From assembly GCA_918797485.1 (NCBI GenBank), contig CAKKNE010000001.1:2046001-2110000 (forward strand): a stretch of DNA of 64,000 nt. Direction: 5' to 3'. Origin of the DNA: Pelagomonas calceolata. Its lineage: Eukaryota. Shown piece by piece: positions 12,401 to 22,935 of this stretch; position 1 is the stretch's first letter; every line of letters starts with the position of its first letter. The notes under the pieces are model-generated. The model saw only the letters and a program-made list of their open reading frames with translations, did no database searches and was not told where the DNA came from. A program made the position numbers and the translations under genes.

Positions 12401-12826
12401 TCACCGAAGCGCGGCGCAGTAGAGCTCGTCGATGCCCGACAGCGCGTCCATCTGCTGGCCGTTCGCGACCTGGCACGCGAGCGCGAGGAACGCCCCGGCG
12501 ACGCACGCGAGCGAGAGCCGCTCGGCCCAGCGCGCGACGCCTGGCGGCGGCTCGCCGACGAGCCACGCGTGCGCCGACGCCCCGAAGGCGATCCTACAGA
12601 AGCCGCTCGCGCCGGCGTAGGCCAGGACTGCGACGTACGAGCCCCGCTCGACGGCATCCGGGAGGAGCGCGGGGCCGCAGCCCGTCGCCGCGACGGATGC
12701 CTCGGACCAGAGCGTCGCCGCCGATGCGACCGACGCCGTCAGCGACACCGGTCGCGCGAGCGCCGCCGGCCGCAACGCCCGTGCTCCCAGCACGAGGCTG
12801 CAGACAAGCAGGCTCCTCAGCGGCAT
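12401..12826 (-). CDS. Small hypothetical membrane protein with signal/bipartite leader
   Basis: Hydrophobic N-terminus and 2-3 hydrophobic segments. Confidence 0.5.
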   Translation of the reverse strand: MPLRSLLVCSLVLGARALRPAALARPVSLTASVASAATLWSEASVAATGCGPALLPDAVERGSYVAVLAYAGASGFCRIAFGASAHAWLVGEPPPGVARWAERLSLACVAGAFLALACQVANGQQMDALSGIDELYCAALR

Positions 12827-13134
12827 GTACGCTGTCCCAGGCGGCACTGTGGCACAGCACTGCGCAGTGCTGCCGCACACGATCTCTGGCGTCTGATTGG
12901 CGGCGGCAGGTGCAATAGGGACGAATTGGACCACGCCTACTCGCTCTGCAGCTGCTCCGTGACGCGCTGCCTGATTTTGCCACTCTGCTCAGCTGCGGGC
13001 TGCAGCGCTGCTGGCGGGCATTTGGACCGCGCGCGCGCGTATACATGGGTTCAAGCAAATAAGCAAGACGACAGCGAGTCTGCGACAGCGCGAACGAGCG
13101 CTGCCTTCACGCCGTCGCTCAGGACACGCACACA

Positions 13135-13578
13135 ATGCATGCTGCTCTCAGGCACACCAGAGCGCCCGTCGTCAGACGGATGGCGAGCGAACTGGGCTTC
13201 AAGCCTGTCGTCAAACGCATGATGACGACCGAAGGGCTCGGGTTCAAGGACTTCATCCGCATGTCGCAAGTAAAAGCGCAGTATCGCGAGATGCTGCGCC
13301 TGGCGCGGCGCTACGCAAAAGCGAGACCGGCGGCCGGCGCCGACGTGCTCCGCCAAGTCAGAGACGGCTACCGGCGCCACCGCTCGGAGAGGGACGGCTT
13401 CGCCGTGGCCCAGCTCATCTCTGGTGGGAGGGCGTCGCTGCGCGAGCTCCGGGCGCTCGCGGCGGGCGCGGACGAGGCGGGTCCAGTTGATGAGTACGAG
13501 GTCGGCACGGACTGGCCTTGGGGGAAGGAGCAGTCCTCTCCGGTTCCGCCGAAGCCGCTGGGCCTGCCGCGGCGATGA
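13135..13578 (+). CDS. LYR-motif (Complex1_LYR, LYRM2-like) mitochondrial protein
   Basis: FKDFIRMSQVKAQYREMLR..QVRDGYR; basic N-terminal presequence. Confidence 0.65.
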   Translation: MHAALRHTRAPVVRRMASELGFKPVVKRMMTTEGLGFKDFIRMSQVKAQYREMLRLARRYAKARPAAGADVLRQVRDGYRRHRSERDGFAVAQLISGGRASLRELRALAAGADEAGPVDEYEVGTDWPWGKEQSSPVPPKPLGLPRR

Positions 13579-13742
13579 CGGTTACGTAGCGGTGGCGTCC
13601 TGCGTGTGCACGTGTGTCGCGTCGACAGCGTGCCGGTGGGGCAGAAAAACTCTTGACGTCGCGAGCCTCAACGCCATCGAGGCGACGCGACGCGTCGACG
13701 GGGCGACGGCGTTGTGGTCATGTAACACATTGTTGTAATTAA

Positions 13743-14828
13743 CTAAGCTGATGGCGCGGGCGTCTGCGAGAACCACGCGGCTAAAGCAGACGACTGCTCG
13801 TACTCGTTCTCCTGGCGCTTCGTCGCGACGCGCTCCCGCTCCGAATCCGTGAAGCCCAGCACGGTCATGACCGCCCGCTCCATGTGCTGCTTCGGCGCCT
13901 CCTCGGCACAGACCAGGTACTGGGCCATCAAATTCTTCAGATACGCCATCTGATCATTTTCTCTCACGTTTCCCGCGGGTTTTCTCCTCCCTAAATCGGC
14001 GAGTTGGAGGCCCTTGGCGGCGTCCGCAGCTAAAGCTTTCTGTTCCTGCAAGGCCTTCAGCGCGTTCGCTCTGTATAATTTGTACTCCCTTCGGAGGGCG
14101 TCATACTTGAGCGCGAGATCACCATCACTGTTGGTTGTCGTGGGAGACGGCTGCTTGAGCCGCGCGTTCTCCTGCGTGAGCTCCTCGACCCGTTTTCTCA
14201 ACAGCAGTTCCTCGGAGGACTTCTGATCACTTGGCGCCGTCGCGGCGAGCAGCGCGTCGCGCCTCTTCTTGAGCTCGGCGTCGTCGTCTCGCACTCGGCT
14301 CCGTGTCGCATCTCTCAATAACCCATCCAGCCTCGCCTTGTCGACCGCAAACCTGGACTTCGCTTCTCGTAATTCCGCTCGCGCCTTTTGCACGTCGTCT
14401 TCAGCAGTTCTACGCAGTTTCGACGCCGTGTGCGGATCTAGCGCCGGCTCAGGTAATGTAAGAGGTTCGCGCCCCGGGTCCCTTCGTACGAAGTCATCTA
14501 AGGAGGCTTTGCTGGGGAAGTGGCGCCATTCCGGGGGCAGTACACCGTCGTCGGACTCGAACTCGAAGAGCGCCCAGCGGCCCTCCCTGTCGCTTATATC
14601 TCGACTATTGACCACACATAACGCGCGCGCCGGCTCGCCTTCGCTACTCGTCACGCCGAACGTCTTTTCGCGCTTCCGCTCTCTCTCTAAATCTTCTCTG
14701 AGTTGTTTTATTGTGGCGTCGCGGCTCGTGAGTGCTGCTTGCTGCGCTTGGAGGCGCTCCTTGGCCAGGCCCAGGAGCTGCTGGAGCTTGCCGTCATTTG
14801 TTTTTGGTGGTGGGGGGGCGTCGGCCAT
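13743..14828 (-). CDS. Coiled-coil golgin with C-terminal GRIP domain
   Basis: AYLKNLMAQYL..ERAVMTVLGFTDSE after extended coiled coil. Confidence 0.75.
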   Translation of the reverse strand: MADAPPPPKTNDGKLQQLLGLAKERLQAQQAALTSRDATIKQLREDLERERKREKTFGVTSSEGEPARALCVVNSRDISDREGRWALFEFESDDGVLPPEWRHFPSKASLDDFVRRDPGREPLTLPEPALDPHTASKLRRTAEDDVQKARAELREAKSRFAVDKARLDGLLRDATRSRVRDDDAELKKRRDALLAATAPSDQKSSEELLLRKRVEELTQENARLKQPSPTTTNSDGDLALKYDALRREYKLYRANALKALQEQKALAADAAKGLQLADLGRRKPAGNVRENDQMAYLKNLMAQYLVCAEEAPKQHMERAVMTVLGFTDSERERVATKRQENEYEQSSALAAWFSQTPAPSA

Positions 14829-15192
14829 ATTGTTGCGCGCGTCGGCGGCGTGAGCTGTGGCGGACCCGGCGCGTCGGTGGGCGTGGGCTGTGGCGGACCG
14901 ACGTGCACTGGAATCGAATCCACCACCTTGAAAGGTGTTTTTTGGCAATCGATATCACGAGCTCGCTGCTGCGCTGCGTCCCACGGCACTTTTTTGCCGA
15001 CGATGTCGTGAGCTAGCGGCCTGTAAGACACTAGCAACAAGCAAAAAAAGTTAAATCAAGCTCGTACACGGTTACGTTAACGGTTTACGCGGCGCGACTC
15101 GCGGGAGAAGCGTATCGAAAAGGCAATTGACGCGACGGCGCTCGCGACCGTGAACAGCGAAGGCGAGGGCAAAATAAGCCAGAAGCTTTTAA

Positions 15193-16646
15193 ATGGGTTT
15201 CAGAGCCGCGCTTATTCTCGCGGCCGCCGGGCTTTCGCGCACGGCCGCCCTGCGCCCGCGGATCCGCGGCGGCCTCCCGAGGCGCCGGCTCGAGGCCACG
15301 CCGTGCCCGGCGGACGACTGCTGCCCCGCGAAGCTCGAGCCGATCCCGGCGTCCGAGTGCCCGCCGCCGGATTCAGGTGACGTGGCCCGCTTTAGTTGTG
15401 ACGCTCCAGACCTCGTAGTCGGCAACCTCTGCCGGTCGAACGCCGGCGAGTGCGGCACGGACAAGAACCTGGACAATTGCGAGTATCCGGAGACGAAGCT
15501 CAAGGCCGACATCTACCGCGTCGTCGAGGCGCGGCCCGTCGCGCCGACGGCGAAGCCGACGTCGATCTGCCCCGAGCTCGTGCCCCTCGAGAAGGACTCG
15601 CCGGACTGTCCGCCGGAGCTCGACATCGAGCCCTGCGACACGCCCGGCCTGACCGGGTTCTGCGAGGGCGACGGAGAGTGCGGGACGTCGAAAAAAATAG
15701 ACAACTGCGCCTGCGCCGGCTGCGGCAAGGACGGCGCGCCGATCACGGGGGCCGACATCTACCGCATCGTCGTTTCTGGTGATACGCCGACGCCGCGCCC
15801 CACCAAAAAGCCGACGACGCCGCGGCCGACGGGCGACTGCCCCACCCTCGAGGCGCTCCCGACGGGCTCGCCGGACTGCCCTGCGGAGCTGGACATCATT
15901 CCGTGCGACACTCCTGGCTTGGCGGCGGGCGACTTCTGCGAGGGCGACGGCGGTGCGGACGCGGCGTCTTTACTTTCGTCGGGGGCCACGCCATCGATCC
16001 GGTCGCGTCCGCGCAGAGTGCGGCACCGACAAGAAGCTGGACAACTGCGCGTGCGAGGCCTGCGGCAAGGGCGGCGCGCCGATCAGCGGCGCCGACATCT
16101 ACCGACCCGGACGGCGGCGCCGCGCCCACGCCCCGGCCCTCGGACGCGCCGACGTCGTCGCCCGGCGGCTCGAAGAAGAAGAAGAAGAAGTCGGGGCACG
16201 CCTTCCCCATCTGGGCCATCATCGTCATCATCGTCGGCGGCGTCGGGTGCTGCGTGTGCCTCTTCGCGGCGGCGTCCGGCGCCGCGCTTGGCGGTGCGAA
16301 GAAACAGAAGCCGCGCGCGTCGTCCTACAAGCTCGAAGCGGGCAAGCGGCCGCCGCCGCCGGACTCGGACTCGGACGACGAGAAGCCCGCCGCGGCCGTG
16401 TCGCGCGCGCTCGAGAAGCTCGACGACGAGGAAGAACCGCCGGCGTACGACTTCACGCCTGATAAGGCGAAGCCGGCGAAGCACCGGTCCTCGGTCGAGG
16501 TCGACGAGCTCTGGCCCGCGGCCGGCGTCGCCGGGGCCGGCGCGGCGGCGGCCGCCAACGAGTCCAAGGCGCCGGAGAACGGTGACATGGACTGCGACTC
16601 GGACTCGGACCTGGGCAGCCGCATCTCTCTGCACGCGCCCATGTGA
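15193..16646 (+). CDS. Type I membrane protein with three Cys-rich repeats; intron 15953-16016; apparent frameshift near 16103
   Basis: Signal peptide; repeats C..GECGT.K.(L/I)DNC..ADIYR; TM helix IWAIIVIIVGGVGCCVCLF lies in a different frame. Confidence 0.7.
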
Positions 16647-16787
16647 ACCCACCCCCTTCCCTTCTTCGAGCTTGTAAGAGCTTTACTCACAGTTAAACAA
16701 ATCACACGCCGGCGACGGAGCGTCGAGCCGACGGGTCCCAAAAGCGACGGATCGGGGTCGCGCGCGTCTGCGACATGCGGTTCGAAA

Positions 16788-18680
16788 TCAGGAAGGAGAA
16801 AAGAACGTCGGAAGGGCCCGCGCCGCGGCGGCGACGCGGGCGTGGCACCGGCTCGCGTCGAGGACCCGCGCCTTCGCGGCCGCCGACGCCCGTAGAGACA
16901 TCTTCGATGGAGGCGGCGCGGCGGGCGCTTCGACGTCGTAGAGACCGTAGAGCACGGTCGTCACCGTTTCCGTATCGTCGGCGACGAGCGAAAAAGAGTC
17001 GAGGTGCCGGACCGCCCGGTCGCAGTCGCTCTGCGTCAGGGTTCCGTTCTGGGGCCGGCCGGCCAGGCTCAACACGAAGGCCTGGACGCCCCGGGGGAAG
17101 CGTCTCTCCAGAAATTTATCTGGTGCGAGGCTCCCATCAAAAGTCCTTTGGACGACGGACCAGGCGTCCGCAACCAACAAAATTGTAAAACTTGGTGCCG
17201 GGACCGCCCGCGCGAGCAGACCCTCGTCAAATCGAAAGCGGCCATAGACGACATCGAGGGCCCCGGGGTCCTTCTTGTCCGCTTCCGAAGGGTCGTGGTC
17301 CCGCCGGTGCCGGTCCTTGTGTCGTAACAGGGTGAGGTCCGCGGGCGCGGGCAGCTCCTCACTTTCATAGCAGGCCAGGCCCCGGTCGTCGCACAGATTT
17401 GTGACCCGCATTCCTTCGCCTAGAACAACCACAGAAGCGTAGTCCCAGAACGCCGCCTTGCGTCGCTCGTTGGATTGAATCAGCGGCGACGCGTAGAGCC
17501 GCTCCTTTGGGCTCTCTTCCACATTCGTGGGCCGTCGTAGGAACTCGTCGATTGCGTCGACCAGTTCGGCGAACGACGGCCTCATTTTAGGATAGCCATT
17601 GGACGCTTGTCGAATTATGCTTCTCAAGAAACGACGGTCTCCACTTTTAGCCTGGTCGGCGATGAACGGCAGCAGCCAGGGTCGGTTGGCGACGTCGTAG
17701 ACGTGTGTCTTCTCCGACAGGCGCATACATGTACCCTTCATACATTTCCCGCGGGCCTCGGGCGCGCCGCGCGACCGGGGCTCGCAGCTCCCCGCGCCCC
17801 GGCAGCTGTGGCTCTCGCGCGTCCACGGGCAGTCGTGATCACTTTCACAGGCCTGGGGCGCGCATTTACCGCCATGCACGTCCCGCAACGCCATGCGATT
17901 CAGGTGGCACGGCTCCGACTCGTTGCGCGTGCCCCACGCGTGCACTACACTGTTTCCCAGCGGTGATGATAATAGGAAGTCGTCGGGGCCGTCTACCAGA
18001 AAAATGGCGCCTTCATCAGACAGAGTGAACTGGGGCGCATAAAAGTCGTCCTGCAGGAAGCCGGCCGACGCCCAACTCTGGAAACACGCTAACAGCGACC
18101 GCGCGAGGTGCAACGGGTGCTCTGAGGCGCGCTTTCGGAACGCTTCTGATAGAATCGTCGGGTCGGCGGCGGAGCCGGCGCCGGCGCCGATCATTGCACC
18201 GCAGTCCTGCACTACATAAGTCGCGTGCGCGTGCTCGAACCACGCTCCCAGTAACTCGGGGATGCCCGGCTCGCCCCGTAAGGCTTCGAGATATAATAAT
18301 TCTGTGTAGATCGTCGCGCCGGCGTCGTCTCGACCACGAGGGTCGTGGTGCTTCTTCTTGACGATGACACTTTTGTTGTGTAATGAAGCCCGGAAGACTT
18401 GTTTCGCATGGTTCGTGCCAGAGACTTCCTGCCAGGGCCCGGGCACGTCTTCCTCTTTGGACACGGTCCATGTCGGCGGGACCCAGGGGTCCTTTTCGCG
18501 CCTGGCGGCACTTCTTACGCGGCCGACGATCTCGCGCCGCGGGTGCTGGCGGCGCTCCTCGAACCACCGGTCTATTAGCTTAGCTTTTTCGAGGACCTGC
18601 CGGTCGCGCGCCGTGAGAGCTGCCGGGGCTGCGGTGCGCGCCGCGGCGAGGCCGAGCAGCACGGCAAGTCTTAGCTGCAT
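16788..18680 (-). CDS. Secreted PKDCC/VLK-like kinase domain plus C-terminal sulfotransferase-like domain
   Basis: Signal peptide; VIVKK, ELLYLEALRGEPGIPELLG, DDFYAPQFTL, VDGP and RPSF kinase-like motifs. Confidence 0.6.
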   Translation of the reverse strand: MQLRLAVLLGLAAARTAAPAALTARDRQVLEKAKLIDRWFEERRQHPRREIVGRVRSAARREKDPWVPPTWTVSKEEDVPGPWQEVSGTNHAKQVFRASLHNKSVIVKKKHHDPRGRDDAGATIYTELLYLEALRGEPGIPELLGAWFEHAHATYVVQDCGAMIGAGAGSAADPTILSEAFRKRASEHPLHLARSLLACFQSWASAGFLQDDFYAPQFTLSDEGAIFLVDGPDDFLLSSPLGNSVVHAWGTRNESEPCHLNRMALRDVHGGKCAPQACESDHDCPWTRESHSCRGAGSCEPRSRGAPEARGKCMKGTCMRLSEKTHVYDVANRPWLLPFIADQAKSGDRRFLRSIIRQASNGYPKMRPSFAELVDAIDEFLRRPTNVEESPKERLYASPLIQSNERRKAAFWDYASVVVLGEGMRVTNLCDDRGLACYESEELPAPADLTLLRHKDRHRRDHDPSEADKKDPGALDVVYGRFRFDEGLLARAVPAPSFTILLVADAWSVVQRTFDGSLAPDKFLERRFPRGVQAFVLSLAGRPQNGTLTQSDCDRAVRHLDSFSLVADDTETVTTVLYGLYDVEAPAAPPPSKMSLRASAAAKARVLDASRCHARVAAAARALPTFFSPS

Positions 18681-18822
18681 GATAGATGCATGCTCATGGG
18701 GCTGCCTCTAGGGCCTGCTGCTGGCTGCCGCGCATGGGGCAACAGCGCTGCGGCTCACGAAGAGGCGTATCGTCCTAAAAGTCACCGATAAAGACACCGA
18801 TGAGGAAAATTTTGAGGCATTA

Positions 18823-18844
18823 CTAGTGTCTTACAGGCCGCTAG
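18823..18844. promoter_or_regulatory. Representative copy of the recurrent intergenic motif CTAGTGTCTTACAGGCCGCTAG
   Basis: Exact copies at 18823, 57656 and 15013 (reverse complement); about 11 variants elsewhere, nearly all upstream of gene starts. Confidence 0.65.
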
Positions 18845-18926
18845 CTCGGCGCCGAGGACTTGGAGCTTGGCAGCTCAAAAATCGATTCGTGAACGTGCAC
18901 AAATTGTCTCCTAGCTGGCATTGATC

Positions 18927-19745
18927 ATGCGCTCAAGTGCTGTCGTCGTTTGGCTTGCGTGCCGCGCGGCTGTGGCACTGGGCCTTGTGCAGCCAGTGAC
19001 ACGCCAGCCTGCAACAATCGTTGCAAGTCGTAGAGCTGGAATTACTCTCGCGCAACGACAATGCAGTAGCGATGGAACATCTCTCTCGCAAAGGCATCGC
19101 CTAGACTGCAGGAGAAGCCTGCTGGGCGCAACCGCGGCCGCGGCCGTCGTGGCGCTGCTCCCTTTGCGAGCGTTCGCTGCGGAGGGATCGTGCCGGACGA
19201 AGCCGGGCGCGCTCTACGCGGAGCGCACCTGCGAGCGGTATGGGATTCAAAAAGACGGCCGCCTCGCGGGCTGCCTGCCGTCCGAGAACTGCGTGAGCTC
19301 GTCGGCCATAAAGTCGCCGGCGCAGTTCGACGCGCCGTGGCTCTTCTCGCCCGCGACGCGCGACGCCGACAGGGCCTTCGAGGAATTGGTCAAGGCGGCG
19401 CAGGCGTCGCCCGATTTAAAAATAGCCGAGACTGACCCGGCGCGGCGATACCTGCGGGCTACCGCGCCGTCGCAGATCAGCAACTACAAGGCCACCGATG
19501 TGGATGATGTGGAGGTGTTGATTTCCGCAGAAAAGGGCCTGGTCTTCCACCGGAGCGCGTCGCGGGAGTCGGTCTTCTTCTTCCCTCCCCAGAACATCTA
19601 CTCGGTGCCGCTCGGCGACAACGGCTCGAACCGCGGCCGCCTCGAGGCGCTGCGCAAGGCGCTGGGCTGGGAGTCGACGAACCCGCGGCCCGAAGACGAG
19701 GCCGACCTGCCTAGTTCCTACCAGGCGCTTAAATTTGGGATGTAG
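18927..19745 (+). CDS. DUF1499 family protein, probably thylakoid lumen
   Basis: RLAGCLPSENCVSS, DDVEV, RSASR and DNGSNRGRLEALR; signal peptide plus RR..AFA Tat-like leader. Confidence 0.8.
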   Translation: MRSSAVVVWLACRAAVALGLVQPVTRQPATIVASRRAGITLAQRQCSSDGTSLSQRHRLDCRRSLLGATAAAAVVALLPLRAFAAEGSCRTKPGALYAERTCERYGIQKDGRLAGCLPSENCVSSSAIKSPAQFDAPWLFSPATRDADRAFEELVKAAQASPDLKIAETDPARRYLRATAPSQISNYKATDVDDVEVLISAEKGLVFHRSASRESVFFFPPQNIYSVPLGDNGSNRGRLEALRKALGWESTNPRPEDEADLPSSYQALKFGM

Positions 19746-21422
19746 TTAATCCTCACACAGCACAACGTCGTCCCGCAGGACCTGGGTCAGCGACACGTTC
19801 GCGTGTGCCTCGGACACGTGCCCCCGGCACGTCAGAAAGCAGGCGCGGTCGACGTCCGCCCCGCGGCGGCGCGTCCGGCCCTTGCCCCCTCTACATCTAT
19901 CTCTTCCCAGCCGCGACGTCCACGCGTCGCCGCCGGGGTCTCCAATGCTGCACGGCGCGAATTGTTTTCGAGCGACGTCGCCGAGCGCCCACTTGTTCGT
20001 AGCGTGCCAGTGCTCTAGTAACAGCGCGTCGGCGTCGGCCGGGAGATTCGAGAAGGGCGCCTTACATTTATCCCAATCATTGAGTTGTCCATCAGGCGGC
20101 GAACCCCAGCCGCCCAATGCCACCGGCACGTCAAAGTCCACTAATTCTTGATGCACCAAGCCGTTGTCGTTCGGCGACCTAGTTAACACAACAGCGTCGT
20201 AGCCCACGAGACAAGATAATGAAACGAGCATCGCGTCGAGCGCCGCCCACGGCGCCTTCTGCTGATGGTAGTAGGCCCCCGTCCCGCAGACGTTTGCGCA
20301 CCAGTCTTCTGCGCGGCCTTCTCTCACCCTTTCAAGAAAACCAGCCACGCCCAGCCGCCGCAGGGCGCCGTCCACACGCACGTAGTCGTAGGCGTATTCG
20401 GTCGCATTAAAACAATTCTTCGAGCAGATCGGCGGCTCCCGCAAACACACACATCCTAGACCGCCGCCGCCGTCCGCCGCCGCGGCAGCGACGGCGTCTC
20501 CTATTGAGGCGCCGTGCCGCCGCCTTCTTCCACCATCATACCGCGGCGCTCTTTGTAGTAACCTAACTTTCGCTTCCAAGAGAGGCGACTGGCGCATGAA
20601 ACTCTCCAACACAACTTTCCCGCCCGCCTTCGACGACACTTGCGTGACGAGGTCGACGACCGCAGCAAGGCGATTGACCGCGACGAGCGGCCGGTTCAAC
20701 CTCAAAAAGACGCCCGTGCCCCGCCAGACATTCGCCCAGGTGCCGCAGACCGGCGGGCAGGCCACGTGCGCGCCCGGCGCGGCCCACCGCGGGCCGCCGA
20801 ACTGCTCGACTTCCACGTAGCTACTTTTCAAATCCAGCGTCGTATCATGCGACGCTTTCAGTAGGTCACGCCGCGTCCAATCACTGCCATCGAGCGGGAA
20901 GGGGTACTTCACTAAAGCCAATGGTGAGGTCCACGACGGCGCCGGGCCAAATCTTGAACCGATCGTCGACGCCCGTCCAGCTGCGCTCCTCAAGGCGTTT
21001 CGGTGGCGCACCGTGTTTAATGGAGGCCGCTTGAACTTGGGAGGGTGGTTTTCTTCGGAGACGCGCCACCAGCGCTCCGCGGACGCGGAAGCGATCCAAC
21101 CCGTAAAGCGCGAGTGGTTGTGCGGCGCTGAATAATACGCGCCACTCGGGAGGTAGGGCAGGCGCGGGGCCGCGTCCGTGTTTAGGTGTCGCGCCGGCTC
21201 CAGTATGTCTCTTGTAGGTGCGTAGAAGTAGTGCAGGGCCTCGAAGGTTTGTTTCAATTGATGTGTGTTGGTGGCATGCTTTTGATGGTTGACGGGGTAG
21301 ACTTGTGTTATGTATCTTTCAATGCGGCGCGCGTCTTGTGGTTGTGATGGGACGTGGGGGTCGCAGTCTTGATGGGCTGCTACGGTGGCTGCCCCCAGGG
21401 CCAGCCATGCTTTGTGTTTCAT
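19746..21422 (-). CDS. Secreted hypothetical protein
   Basis: Long ORF with signal peptide MKHKAWLALGAATVAA. Confidence 0.6.
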   Translation of the reverse strand: MKHKAWLALGAATVAAHQDCDPHVPSQPQDARRIERYITQVYPVNHQKHATNTHQLKQTFEALHYFYAPTRDILEPARHLNTDAAPRLPYLPSGAYYSAPHNHSRFTGWIASASAERWWRVSEENHPPKFKRPPLNTVRHRNALRSAAGRASTIGSRFGPAPSWTSPLALVKYPFPLDGSDWTRRDLLKASHDTTLDLKSSYVEVEQFGGPRWAAPGAHVACPPVCGTWANVWRGTGVFLRLNRPLVAVNRLAAVVDLVTQVSSKAGGKVVLESFMRQSPLLEAKVRLLQRAPRYDGGRRRRHGASIGDAVAAAAADGGGGLGCVCLREPPICSKNCFNATEYAYDYVRVDGALRRLGVAGFLERVREGRAEDWCANVCGTGAYYHQQKAPWAALDAMLVSLSCLVGYDAVVLTRSPNDNGLVHQELVDFDVPVALGGWGSPPDGQLNDWDKCKAPFSNLPADADALLLEHWHATNKWALGDVARKQFAPCSIGDPGGDAWTSRLGRDRCRGGKGRTRRRGADVDRACFLTCRGHVSEAHANVSLTQVLRDDVVLCED

Positions 21423-21730
21423 GGGCGCATCGCCTCGCTTGCACGGATAACTCCGTGGTGCAGTCCCGGAGTTGCCTTTGCGGTAGTTTAAAGGCTGCCG
21501 TTCGGGCGGGCTTGAAAATGCAGCTAGCGGCTGTAAGACACTAGCAAGTGTGCGAGTGCAGCTTATGCGGCCCAAACAGCCTATTGCGCCCGTTGCGTAA
21601 ACGGTTTACACACGTCGAACCACTCTCCGCGAAGTGCGCGCATCGATGGTGGCGTAACTGCAGTGCAGGTGCCAGCTGCTGCAGCAGGCATTGGGCAGCC
21701 CCGCCTGCCCCCGCCGGCGTCGCCGCATCG

Positions 21731-22846
21731 ATGGGGGTGCCCGCCAACGCTCTCATGGTAGCGACCCTCGCCGCCGCGCGGCCGGTCACCGACGTGGCGA
21801 GCTGCCGCGCGCATGTCTTGCGGAACCTCGCCGCCGCCGGCAACGTAGAAGACGGGCAGTGGGCGACGCTCGTGTGCGCGCCCGAGCACCTGCCGCCGGC
21901 GGCGGCGGCGACCCCCGCAAATCCGCCCGCCGAAGTATTTGAAGGCCTCATGTGTCCTCGCGAAGGCGCGGCGCCGGACGCCGCGCCGCCCGCCGCGCGG
22001 GAGATGGCCGTCACGCTCGGAAAGTTCTTCTTCAACGCGGCGACGCACCCCAAGTACGCCGCGGCGCGGCGCTTCGACTACGCGGGCTGGCGGTTTCTGC
22101 CCGAGACCTGCGGGGCGGAGGGCTGGTTCCGCGCGGCGTCCTGCGCGAGCGAGGCGTCGCTACCGCAAAACTGGCAGCCGCCGCTGTTGTGGTGGACGGC
22201 CGCGGCGGTCCGCACGCGCCTGAGGTTACTCGGGCCCTGCGCGGAACGGCAACGGAACGCGCTCCTGGCGACGCGCGCGCGGGTCGCGGGGCCGGCGGCG
22301 TCGCCGGCGTGCGTCGCGGTCCACATCCGGCGGGGCGACGCGTGCCAGGTCTTCGGCGGCGCGCCCGTCGAGGACAAGAGAAGGTGCTTCCCGACGCGCG
22401 CGTACGTCGCGGCGGCCCGGCGGCTCGCGCGTCGCTACGGCCTCGGGACGGTCCGCGTCGCCTCGGACTCGCCGGCCGCGATTCGGGAGTTCACGGCGAC
22501 GATGGGCGGCGGCGTCGCCGTGGAGGCGCTGCGCTTCGACCGGCGCGCGGTCGGCGGCCCGGAGAACGCCACGCTCGGCCTTACCTTCGCGGCGGCCCAA
22601 GCAAAGTTTATTGAAACACGGCCCGACGCGCCCGACGCCGCGCTGGCGGCCGCGTCGCTCCTCGCGGACCTCGAGCACCTCGCGTCGTGCGACGCGTTCG
22701 TGGGCACGTGGGAGGCGACGCTGTCGCGGCTCGCCATCCTGAACCTGGCCGCGCGCGCCGGGTCGCTGCCGCCGTTCATCTGGCTGGACGCGCCGAACGA
22801 CCGGCGGGCCTGGGGGCCGCGGCGCGGGCGGCTCCGGCTGCCGTAG
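21731..22846 (+). CDS. GT23/NodZ-like fucosyltransferase-like protein
   Basis: AVHIRRGDAC, VASDS and DLEHLASCDAFVGT GDP-fucose-binding motifs. Confidence 0.75.
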   Translation: MGVPANALMVATLAAARPVTDVASCRAHVLRNLAAAGNVEDGQWATLVCAPEHLPPAAAATPANPPAEVFEGLMCPREGAAPDAAPPAAREMAVTLGKFFFNAATHPKYAAARRFDYAGWRFLPETCGAEGWFRAASCASEASLPQNWQPPLLWWTAAAVRTRLRLLGPCAERQRNALLATRARVAGPAASPACVAVHIRRGDACQVFGGAPVEDKRRCFPTRAYVAAARRLARRYGLGTVRVASDSPAAIREFTATMGGGVAVEALRFDRRAVGGPENATLGLTFAAAQAKFIETRPDAPDAALAAASLLADLEHLASCDAFVGTWEATLSRLAILNLAARAGSLPPFIWLDAPNDRRAWGPRRGRLRLP

Positions 22847-22935
22847 GTTAAACGTATCATGTTACTTACAATAGCCGATAGGGATTCGGACGCCGAAGGG
22901 GATTCGGAAACGAAAAGCGCCAGGCGCATAACTAA

